A stretch of 64,000 bases of DNA, taken from assembly GCF_902459465.1 (NCBI RefSeq), contig NC_047068.1:14818001-14882000 (forward strand), given 5' to 3'. Position numbers and translations under genes: made by a program. Source of the DNA: Asterias rubens. Lineage: Eukaryota. The notes beneath the pieces were generated by a model. The model saw only the letters and a program-made list of their open reading frames with translations, made no database searches and was not told the origin of the DNA. Below are positions 1 to 11,340 of the stretch, piece by piece. Position 1 is the stretch's first letter; the number at the start of each line of letters is the position of its first letter.

Positions 1-351
1 ACAAATCTCATCGACTTCATACTTCTTAGAAAGCTTGATAAAGGAATAGACAGTATCTTTACTGATCTCAATTGTCTCTGTATACATGAACTTTAAAAAG
101 TCAGAGAAGATCACCTCATATTCTTGATCGTCCTCCAAGACATGTGGCTCGTCTGAGTTTGACCTCTTGAGTAACATCTCCTTGAATACTGGACTCCATG
201 AAGATAAGATCAGTTTATGGGCATGGAAGATGCTTGACCCAACCATCAAAGTGATGTCACTTAGACTGCCGCTGTCAAAGAATGGCGAAAGTTTGAGCAG
301 AAGATGATCACTGGGTTGAGTTTCGTCTTGGTCTTGAGATGGGTCATCAAA
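1..351 (-). pseudogene. BTB-BACK gene B, copy 1: 5' part of the main exon only (the rest runs off the left edge); start-codon exon deleted
   Basis: 1-812 matches 5725-6536 (offset 5724). The splice acceptor is retained at 352-354. The start exon seen in the other copies (6907-7030) lies inside a 976-bp segment missing from this copy. Confidence 0.8.
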
Positions 352-3324
352 CTGCTTGTGTTAAAAAAAGTTGGATAAAAGTGTGTTGTAAACGCATTGA
401 GGTATGACATTAGTAGTTAATGATCCGTGTTGTTACTTTACTTAAACTACCAATTGCTCACACTGTTTTATCGTGTTCTATAATTTTTTTCTTTAAGTAA
501 AAAAGATTACAAACTTTGCACATTACTCCCTTTAATGAAGACTGGTTACACTGTTGCGTTTTGTGTGTGTTAGAGTTAACAGTGTGTGACCTGTGAAATT
601 AAGGATATTTAGGACAACCAATGAGAGAATTAGGCTTTAGGCCTACGTAAGTTTGGTTTGGCTTGCTAGTGATTTAAAAACAAGGCTGACCAATAAGGTT
701 TGGTCTGCAAATGAGTGGCTGAAAGTTAGGCGGAAGCATATTTATTGTCACAGTTTATTTCTGGTAAGGACATTAATTTTGTCCAATTTCATCAAGTCTG
801 TTGAAAGGTCCATAAATTAGTTTATAAATTAATTGGTTTTAGTTTACAACAACAATATTAATTGATGAAATGAAAGTTCAGATAGGAAATTTCAGATAGG
901 ACATAACAAGCCCAAATGCCACCCTCACACTGAAGTCAATGGAGACATACCATTGGCGGTGAGTTGTGAACAGTACATACTTGCATGCATGTTTCCAAAG
1001 TTAGCATAGACAATGGCAACTTATGCTAAGGGTCGGTTACTGATCTAACTTGGTTTTTAAAGTCAAAGAACAGGGTTGGTATGTACACTCATGTAGTCAT
1101 ACACAGTTAATATTTCTCATTTCATTTCATTAATTCTGGGGACTTTCATTAAAAAGTGAACATGCAACAGCAATAACAGCCCCATGCAAAAATGACAAAG
1201 AAGGGTTTCAGTTTCTAATGTGGGAAAAATGCTTTGATTCTACTTACTTAAAAACAGAATTTTGTGAAGTTCAGCCACCAGCAAAGTCACCCAACCTGAT
1301 TCATCTCCAGAATGGTTGTAGAAGAGAAATAACTCAGGATACAAATTCTGTCAACCCTCAGCAGGAACAAGAGACTTGTCAAAAAATTTGCTAGCTGAAT
1401 TTCAGACACACAGTTTGTTCATATTACCAACTCATACCAACTTTACGAGCTTGCAATATCATACAAGGAACCCAATGCCAAACTATGCTGAAAAATCATT
1501 ATTATGGTACACTGAACACACCCACAACGGACAATGGAAATCACAACACAATCATTATTTGTTTACTCGTCAGTAAAAAAATTCTCAAAATTGGAATTCC
1601 TCGGGATGTGCAATGTCCCACAATCCCTTGGGCATAGTTAGTTATTGACCTGAAGACCAGATAACTTTGATGAACTTTGATATTTACAGAGCTGTGGATT
1701 CCAAGCAAAGATAATTCAGAAACTGTTTAGTGTGAACTCAAGTTGTACTCTAATCGCTATAAAAAAAAGTAAATAAACTCAATTTTTAAAGTTATTTAAA
1801 GCTGCAATAATGTCTAGTCTAGTGGGAATAATTACAAACATAGTTACTATCAGAGTTTGCTAATACATGTAAGTTGCAAGACAACAAGACTTTAAGGTTT
1901 CATTAAAAACTCAATGAGATTTTTGTATTATAAGGAAGACATGTTTTTGCTCATATTAGTGATGTAATAGGCCTAATTCATGAATGGATTTAACTGATTT
2001 GACCAGTTTCCTAGGAACTGTACAAAATGTTTTACTGTGAAACATGGACCCTAACTCAAAAGTCTCTAGACGGTTGATACACAGGGGCCCAATTTCATAG
2101 AGATGCAAGCAGAAAATATTGCTCAACATTTTTCTACTCAGCAGAAATGAGCACGATACCAGTCAAAACTTTTGACATGGTGGTTTGGCTTGTAACCTTA
2201 TTGTGGTTAGTGTAATTTTGTTATGCTTAGCTACAAAATTTGTGCTCAAGCAGCTCTATGAAATCCGGCAGCAGAATCAATGCTGATGAAAACAAGAATC
2301 TCTTAGTGAATTACCGAGCAGTCAACAATAATGTTTTGTACACGTTTTAATTTCAATCGCTTCATGCATACATTATTTTGTTTAAATAGCTCTTCAATGA
2401 AGGAAACATATGTCTGGTAACATTCCAGCTTTAGTGACATTCACAATAACCCATGAGTCTAGCAAGTGTCTTTTTGAGTCTTTTAAGGTCTATAAAAAAC
2501 TCACTGTAGGTGTTTTAAAAATCTTGACAAACTTTAACCTAAGGCAAATCAATTATGATAAACAGCTTGCCAAGTTGATCAATATTTTATTTTCTAAAAA
2601 TCTTGTTGCTGTGATGCATGTGCGATTAGGTTTACATTTTATATCTTCTCTACAATTGTCAAAATCAAACACTTTTTTGTTGGAGACATCAGTACTAGAA
2701 CGAGGGAGTCTTGAGTTCTGAACTTAGTGGAGGGCAGTAAGTAGCACATAATGCAAAATTTCCACAAAAGGGTCGAGCTTTAAAGGTTAAAGGCACTGGT
2801 ACAAACACTTTAGGTAATTTTCAAAGAATAGTTTTCTCCCTTGTTGTATCCAAATATAAAATAGCAAACCTGTGAAAATTTTGGCTCAATTGGTCATCGA
2901 ATTTGCAAGAGAAGTCTTTTACTATCTGAGTGATTTTTTTTAAACCTCTTTCTGAAAAACTACCTTGCTTCAGAGGAAGCCGTTTCTCACAATGTTTTAC
3001 ACTACCAACAGCTCTCCGTCGCATGTTACCAAGTAAGTTTTTATGCTTAAAATTACTTTGAGTAATTACCACAAGTGCTCCGCAGTACCAACATGAACAT
3101 TGGTCACAGAGTGAGAGCCCAAGAACAATGTGGATGTTGTGTAGTCATGGCGTTGGATCCTTATGGCACACCAAACAGCTATCCATTTGATTCTTTCCTA
3201 ATAGATTTGTGTCCTGAGTGAGTTTCAACTAAACGTTTTACACGTTTCACATAAAAAAAAAAAAATAATGTTAATAGTACCCCCCAAACCCCCTTTAGGC
3301 ACACACAACTGAAAAAAAAGTTGT

Positions 3325-4564
3325 CTACTTCTTTACCCAACTCTTATCACAACCCGAAATAAAAATTGCCACTTTTATCCAAAGGTGTTGAGGGCTACAA
3401 TCTAGAGCCTCCCAAGGTACATCCAGCTCTAGTTTCTTCCCAACATCTCCTTTAGCCACAGAGGAAATACAGTCAATGTACGTTTGGTCTTTCCTAATGA
3501 GCAATGCCATGACAAAGCTTCGTCCAATATCCTCAAAATGTGGTAGTACTCTGAACTTTATGCTCCACCTAGCTGCGTCATCTTCTTTGACAGCGCGACC
3601 ACCGACTTTCCACATGTCTTCGTTAATGAGGTACACATTCCCCTGTTCTCCCTGACGCGCCACAGGACAAAACAACTTGAACTTTTCAAAATGTTCAAAT
3701 TCTTTATCCTCTTCCTCCTTTTCAAGAGTAAGCCGTCTGAAGGGTGATGATTCCACCTGATGCTGACACACAGGGTTGGATATTCTTACGCAGAACTCTG
3801 GCTCCATGTAGACACGAGGGTCGGAAAATCTAGCCATGCTGGTGTATGAGCCCTCCCCTGCAAATGCCCTGTACTTGAATGCCTCAAACACACACTCCTT
3901 CAGCATCGGCTGGAGTATTAGAGACTGTTCCAGAAATGACAGCTTTTCCAAATCTCTTGCCGGGATGTGCTCATAACGAATCAGTGACAAAACTTGCTTA
4001 ATCAGTCCTTCCAATTCCACACGGTTCTTGCTGAGCCAAGCTTTTGCCCTACGAAGCACAAACTTCTCATTAGGAACGACTAGGCCCGATCTACCCAGTA
4101 AAGCAAGAAAAACATCAGGCCGTAGGTTGTTACTCTCTGGTATTGCATAAAAGTTGTTTTCCATGAGACTGTAGCACTTTTCCTGGATCCTAGTAAGCCC
4201 CTCTGTTGCCGTTGTCATAGCCTGTACAGCATCAACCCAAGGTGTTGTTGTTGATTCTAATACTTGCATTAGATACGCTTCACAAATCTCATGAAGATCA
4301 CTGACCATATACTTGTCAGCCAATAGCAGCATAGGGTGTACAGTCTCTTTGGTCAGCTCCAGTTCTTCTGTGTACATGAATTTCAGGAAGTGTTCAAAGC
4401 AGTCAGCACAGTCTTCTGGCTCATTCAGTGTCTGGGTGCGGACACTGTCGCCACTTGGTTTTGGTGCCCATTTCTTATCAAAAAGCATCGTCTTGAAGAT
4501 TTCACTCCAAGTACCGAGTATGAGTGAATGGGCGTGGTAGGAACGCGTGCCAACTTTCAGAGTT
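3325..4564 (-). pseudogene. 5'-truncated copy of BTB-BACK gene A (unit 1)
   Basis: Matches 16457-17696, but is cut at the duplication junction within the first BTB strand (SDVT|LKVG). It lacks the start exon and the native acceptor. The ORF stays open to the stop at 3325. Confidence 0.85.
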
Positions 4565-4644
4565 GTGACATCACACTACGGACTCAATTTTAACAAGACA
4601 ACATGCTTTTATAACAAGTTTTTCTTTACTTTATAGTTGGCCAA

Positions 4645-7005
4645 CTACCAGTACCATGGATTTAGAACTAATCCCGGGTCATTTTCATAACTCATGGGCC
4701 AAAAGTCTGATAGCCTCACCTCCAGTTCTTCTACATATATGGGTTCTTTGGGCATCTGCAAGTGGTCCCAAAAACGGTGAGAATTTCTCACCATGACAAC
4801 AACTTTTATCTCGACTGACCCAAGTTCTCGATCAACCTCAGCATGGTGAAGAACCTGCTCTACTTTGACTTCTGTTTCTGTTACAACTCCTTCAGAAGTT
4901 GTCACGATTGGATTCATGTGTGGCCTAACACGTGTCAGTATCACCAAACGATATGTACCGCCTATATGATTTTGGTCTGGTTTTAACCGGTAACTAATTT
5001 CCCATTTCTCAGATTTTGCGTTGAAGCATTTTGATCCAGTAAGTGACCACATACAAGACTCGTCTGATAAGGTGTCATAAGCAGACACACTAGTAACAAG
5101 TAAACTCAACGCTTTGGGGTTTTTTTCTGACAAACTCAGATGCTGATAGTTACTACTGACAGGCCCCGAGATGCAAATACGAGGTTCAACACAATGTTTT
5201 TTAGATAAGGTGCTTTTTGTGTCACATGGAAGAAGACTTAATTCTTTTTCCTCAGATACAAGAGCTTTCCACTCAAAAGCGTCATGAATTGAATCTTGAA
5301 GACCTGAATCATTCAGTGAACTTTGGATCTGCAGTGACCTATCAGACATAACAGCGGGAGCTGTAATTCCTCTTTTAAGTGAACAGAGATCTAAGGAGGA
5401 CATATGGGTAAAGTGAATCTTGGAGATGACTTCCTTAGTGTACTTATCATAGTCATGACCACCTGTGTAAAGCCAATCAACAGCTTGATTGAAAAGATGC
5501 CTTTCACTTAGCACAACCAGGTCGGAGCTCTCCAACATCTTAAGAAACAAACTCGGACCCATCTTTTGTAAAGAGGAATCGGATAGGTGAAAAAAGTTTG
5601 TTTCAAGGAACTTGAAACAGTGATCATACATCTTGGTAAATCCAAACTCTTCAGCATCTGTAAGTGTTTGGAGGGCTATAGTGTCATTGGAAACCTCTCC
5701 TATAAGAAATTCCTCACACAGCTCACAAATCTCATCGACTTCATACTTCTTAGAAAGCTTGATAAAGGAATAGACAGTATCTTTACTGATCTCAATTGTC
5801 TCTGTATACATGAACTTTAAAAAGTCAGAGAAGATCACCTCATATTCTTGATCGTCCTCCAAGACATGTGGCTCGTCTGAGTTTGACCTCTTGAGTAACA
5901 TCTCCTTGAATACTGGACTCCATGAAGATAAGATCAGTTTATGGGCATGGAAGATGCTTGACCCAACCATCAAAGTGATGTCACTTAGACTGCCGCTGTC
6001 AAAGAATGGCGAAAGTTTGAGCAGAAGATGATCACTGGGTTGAGTTTCGTCTTGGTCTTGAGATGGGTCATCAAACTGCTTGTGTTAAAAAAAGTTGGAT
6101 AAAAGTGTGTTGTAAACGCATTGAGGTATGACATTAGTAGTTAATGATCCGTGTTGTTACTTTACTTAAACTACCAATTGCTCACACTGTTTTATCGTGT
6201 TCTATAATTTTTTTCTTTAAGTAAAAAAGATTACAAACTTTGCACATTACTCCCTTTAATGAAGACTGGTTACACTGTTGCGTTTTGTGTGTGTTAGAGT
6301 TAACAGTGTGTGACCTGTGAAATTAAGGATATTTAGGACAACCAATGAGAGAATTAGGCTTTAGGCCTACGTAAGTTTGGTTTGGCTTGCTAGTGATTTA
6401 AAAACAAGGCTGACCAATAAGGTTTGGTCTGCAAATGAGTGGCTGAAAGTTAGGCGGAAGCATATTTATTGTCACAGTTTATTTCTGGTAAGGACATTAA
6501 TTTTGTCCAATTTCATCAAGTCTGTTGAAAGGTCCACAGACACAAGGCTCTACTCACAAACAAAACGCTCTACTCACAATGATTTTGTATAGTATTTTTC
6601 AATTTTGAATGGTAAAACCGAGATTAAAAAAAGAGGAAATCAGCTGATCTGAGGAACAGTCACACGATTGTACAGACTCATATACACGAGGGACCTCTCC
6701 TTATTCGGGAGTTATCATTCACAAGATATCTTGTGCTATATCACATGGGACAGTTTACAGGCAAACTGTCACATTAATTTCTACAGAGTATGGGTATGTA
6801 CTGTAACAAAATCACTGTAGAAATCTGTATGGTATTTTATAAACACCCGTTTAAATTTGAGAGGATGGTCTAAAAGTGCAAAATGAATCAAAGTAAATAT
6901 ACCAACCTGTTCTGTATCTTCTATTTGATGTTCTTGCAAAGCAGCAAGAAAAGCCATGTGTGATGCCATTCCACGAATAAAATCTCCACTATCTATTAAA
7001 TCCAT
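4645..7005 (-). CDS. BTB/POZ-BACK protein B (BTBD17/LGALS3BP-like, ~509 aa), intact copy; coding exons 7005-6907 and 6075-4645
   Basis: BTB motifs SDITLMVG..FHAHKLILSSWSPVFKEM and FLKFMYT; BACK motifs VLSERHLFNQAVDWL and IHFTHM; then AFEWKAL..EPRI. Exon 1 (MDLIDSG...EDTEQ, 33 codons) ends CAG|gttggt in phase 0. Acceptor ttttttaacacaagcag|TTT at 6075 is in phase 0 (1431 nt to the stop). The track start at 5973 is an internal TTG. Confidence 0.85.
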
Positions 7006-7356
7006 TGCGATTGTGAAACTACATTTGGATCTGAAAATTTGAACGAAAAAAAGAAGTTTGGGGGCGATTGTCAGAAAAAAAATACATGTATCGTGAAAGA
7101 TATTCCTGATGAACAGAGATTGACAGATCAGAGAGAACATCAATATGGGGCTCAGTTGGTAAACTCAACTGGAGTTTGCAGTTCAAATCCTGCTCTATAG
7201 GCATTTTTATACTCGTTCACCCCTTCCCCTGTAATTTTTGTTTGCTTTTTTGTTTCCGAACATCAGAATTATATAATCTTAAAACACACATGCATTTGGT
7301 TCAACGGGTGATACGTAGAGAGCACCAGGAAAAAGCCTAGGCTTATACAGGGCCTG

Positions 7357-7503
7357 GGGTGGATTTCACAAATAGTTAGGACTAGTCTTATCTCAAGTTA
7401 GGACCAGTTACTCGTCCTAACTTAGGACTATCCATGCAATTTGTATATCTCCCAGGACTAGTCATAAGTTAGGACTAGTCCTAACTCTTTGTGAAATCGA
7501 CCC
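7357..7503. mobile_element. PIF/Harbinger-like MITE (GGGTGGATTTCAC... TIRs, CWG target duplication); other copies at 14054-14200, 21542-21708, 34544-34683, 43259-43405
   Basis: Terminal inverted repeats gggtggatttcacaaa / tttgtgaaatcgaccc are flanked by ctg on both sides, with internal ttaggactagtcctaa palindromes. The superfamily call rests on the 3-bp CWG TSD and GG termini. Confidence 0.75.
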
Positions 7504-10020
7504 CTGATCCCTTTAGTTTATAAATTAATTGGTTTTAGTTTACAACAACAATATTAATTGATGAAATGAAAGTTCAGATAGGAAATTTCAGATAGGACAT
7601 AACAAGCCCAAATGCCACCCTCACACTGAAGTCAATGGAGACATACCATTGGCGGTGAGTTGTGAACAGTACATACTTGCATGCATGTTTCCAAAGTTAG
7701 CATAGACAATGGCAACTTATGCTAAGGGTCGGTTACTGATCTAACTTGGTTTTTAAAGTCAAAGAACAGGGTTGGTATGTACACTCATGTAGTCATACAC
7801 AGTTAATATTTCTCATTTCATTTCATTAATTCTGGGGACTTTCATTAAAAAGTGAACATGCAACAGCAATAACAGCCCCATGCAAAAATGACAAAGAAGG
7901 GTTTCAGTTTCTAATGTGGGAAAAATGCTTTGATTCTACTTACTTAAAAACAGAATTTTGTGAAGTTCAGCCACCAGCAAAGTCACCCAACCTGATTCAT
8001 CTCCAGAATGGTTGTAGAAGAGAAATAACTCAGGATACAAATTCTGTCAACCCTCAGCAGGAACAAGAGACTTGTCAAAAAATTTGCTAGCTGAATTTCA
8101 GACACACAGTTTGTTCATATTACCAACTCATACCAACTTTACGAGCTTGCAATATCATACAAGGAACCCAATGCCAAACTATGCTGAAAAATCATTATTA
8201 TGGTACACTGAACACACCCACAACGGACAATGGAAATCACAACACAATCATTATTTGTTTACTCGTCAGTAAAAAAATTCTCAAAATTGGAATTCCTCGG
8301 GATGTGCAATGTCCCACAATCCCTTGGGCATAGTTAGTTATTGACCTGAAGACCAGATAACTTTGATGAACTTTGATATTTACAGAGCTGTGGATTCCAA
8401 GCAAAGATAATTCAGAAACTGTTTAGTGTGAACTCAAGTTGTACTCTAATCGCTATAAAAAAAGTAAATAAACTCAATTTTTAAAGTTATTTAAAGCTGC
8501 AATAATGTCTAGTCTAGTGGGAATAATTACAAACATAGTTACTATCAGAGTTTGCTAATACATGTAAGTTGCAAGACAACAAGACTTTAAGGTTTCATTA
8601 AAAACTCAATGAGATTTTTGTATTATAAGGAAGACATGTTTTTGCTCATATTAGTGATGTAATAGGCCTAATTCATGAATGGATTTAACTGATTTGACCA
8701 GTTTCCTAGGAACTGTACAAAATGTTTTACTGTGAAACATGGACCCTAACTCAAAAGTCTCTAGACGGTTGATACACAGGGGCCCAATTTCATAGAGATG
8801 CAAGCAGAAAATATTGCTCAACATTTTTCTACTCAGCAGAAATGAGCACGATACCAGTCAAAACTTTTGACATGGTGGTTTGGCTTGTAACCTTATTGTG
8901 GTTAGTGTAATTTTGTTATGCTTAGCTACAAAATTTGTGCTCAAGCAGCTCTATGAAATCCGGCAGCAGAATCAATGCTGATGAAAACAAGAATCTCTTA
9001 GTGAATTACCGAGCAGTCAACAATAATGTTTTGTACACGTTTTAATTTCAATCGCTTCATGCATACATTATTTTGTTTAAATAGCTCTTCAATGAAGGAA
9101 ACATATGTCTGGTAACATTCCAGCTTTAGTGACATTCACAATAACCCATGAGTCTAGCAAGTGTCTTTTTGAGTCTTTTAAGGTCTATAAAAAACTCACT
9201 GTAGGTGTTTTAAAAATCTTGACAAACTTTAACCTAAGGCAAATCAATTATGATAAACAGCTTGCCAAGTTGATCAATATTTTATTTTCTAAAAATCTTG
9301 TTGCTGTGATGCATGTGCGATTAGGTTTACATTTTATATCTTCTCTACAATTGTCAAAATCAAACACTTTTTTGTTGGAGACATCAGTACTAGAACGAGG
9401 GAGTCTTGAGTTCTGAACTTAGTGGAGGGCAGTAAGTAGCACATAATGCAAAATTTCCACAAAAGGGTCGAGCTTTAAAGGTTAAAGGCACTGGTACAAA
9501 CACTTTAGGTAATTTTCAAAGAATAGTTTTCTCCCTTGTTGTATCCAAATATAAAATAGCAAACCTGTGAAAATTTTGGCTCAATTGGTCATCGAATTTG
9601 CAAGAGAAGTCTTTTACTATCTGAGTGATTTTTTTTAAACCTCTTTCTGAAAAACTACCTTGCTTCAGAGGAAGCCGTTTCTCACAATGTTTTACACTAC
9701 CAACAGCTCTCCGTCGCATGTTACCAAGTAAGTTTTTATGCTTAAAATTACTTTGAGTAATTACCACAAGTGCTCCGCAGTACCAACATGAACATTGGTC
9801 ACAGAGTGAGAGCCCAAGAACAATGTGGATGTTGTGTAGTCATGGCGTTGGATCCTTATGGCACACCAAACAGCTATCCATTTGATTCTTTCCTAATAGA
9901 TTTGTGTCCTGAGTGAGTTTCAACTAAACGTTTTACACGTTTCACATAAAAAAAATAAAAATAATGTTAATAGTACCCCCCAAACCCCCTTTAGGCACAC
10001 ACAACTGAAAAAAAAGTTGT

Positions 10021-11260
10021 CTACTTCTTTACCCAACTCTTATCACAACCCGAAATAAAAATTGCCACTTTTATCCAAAGGTGTTGAGGGCTACAATCTA
10101 GAGCCTCCCAAGGTACATCCAGCTCTAGTTTCTTCCCAACATCTCCTTTAGCCACAGAGGAAATACAGTCAATGTACGTTTGGTCTTTGCTAATGAGCAA
10201 TGCCATGACAAAGCTTCGTCCAATATCCTCAAAATGTGGTAGTACTCTGAACTTTATGCTCCACCTAGCTGCGTCATCTTCTTTGACAGCGCGACCACCG
10301 ACTTTCCACATGTCTTCGTTAATGAGGTACACATTCCCCTGTTCTCCCTGACGCGCCACAGGACAAAACAACTTGAACTTTTCAAAATGTTCAAATTCTT
10401 TATCCTCTTCCTCCTTTTCAAGAGTAAGCCGTCTGAAGGGTGATGATTCCACCTGATGCTGACACACAGGGTTGGATATTCTTACGCAGAACTCTGGCTC
10501 CATGTAGACACGAGGGTCGGAAAATCTAGCCATGCTGGTGTATGAGCCCTCCCCTGCAAATGCCCTGTACTTGAATGCCTCAAACACACACTCCTTCAGC
10601 ATCGGCTGGAGTATTAGAGACTGTTCCAGAAATGACAGCTTTTCCAAATCTCTTGCCGGGATGTGCTCATAACGAATCAGTGACAAAACTTGCTTAATCA
10701 GTCCTTCCAATTCCACACGGTTCTTGCTGAGCCAAGCTTTTGCCCTACGAAGCACAAACTTCTCATTAGGAACGACTAGGCCCGATCTACCCAGTAAAGC
10801 AAGAAAAACATCAGGCCGTAGGTTGTTACTCTCTGGTATTGCATAAAAGTTGTTTTCCATGAGACTGTAGCACTTTTCCTGGATCCTAGTAAGCCCCTCT
10901 GTTGCCGTTGTCATAGCCTGTACAGCATCAACCCAAGGTGTTGTTGTTGATTCTAATACTTGCATTAGATACGCTTCACAAATCTCATGAAGATCACTGA
11001 CCATATACTTGTCAGCCAATAGCAGCATAGGGTGTACAGTCTCTTTGGTCAGCTCCAGTTCTTCTGTGTACATGAATTTCAGGAAGTGTTCAAAGCAGTC
11101 AGCACAGTCTTCTGGCTCATTCAGTGTCTGGGTGCGGACACTGTCGCCACTTGGTTTTGGTGCCCATTTCTTATCAAAAAGCATCGTCTTGAAGATTTCA
11201 CTCCAAGTACCGAGTATGAGTGAATGGGCGTGGTAGGAACGCGTGCCAACTTTCAGAGTT
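10021..11260 (-). pseudogene. 5'-truncated copy of BTB-BACK gene A (unit 2)
   Basis: Same junction and truncation as 3325-4564. I saw one coding difference between these two copies (R/S at LLIRKD/LLISKD). Confidence 0.85.
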
Positions 11261-11340
11261 GTGACATCACACTACGGACTCAATTTTAACAAGACAACAT
11301 GCTTTTATAACAAGTTTTTCTTTACTTTATAGTTGGCCAA

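Noticed and set aside
1376-3072. Short ORFs in the array spacer (1376-1576, 2410-2721, 2821-3072) and their copies at 8072-9767
   Set aside because: They recur only because of the duplication and are broken or frame-shifted in the diverged third unit. 2821-3072 lies in a Kolobok-like repeat. No domain motifs are present.
7357-7503. Recurrent ttaggactagtcctaa-type palindromes that superficially resemble CRISPR repeats
   Set aside because: There are no regular spacers or cas genes, the context is eukaryotic, and they are internal to a TIR/TSD-bounded MITE.
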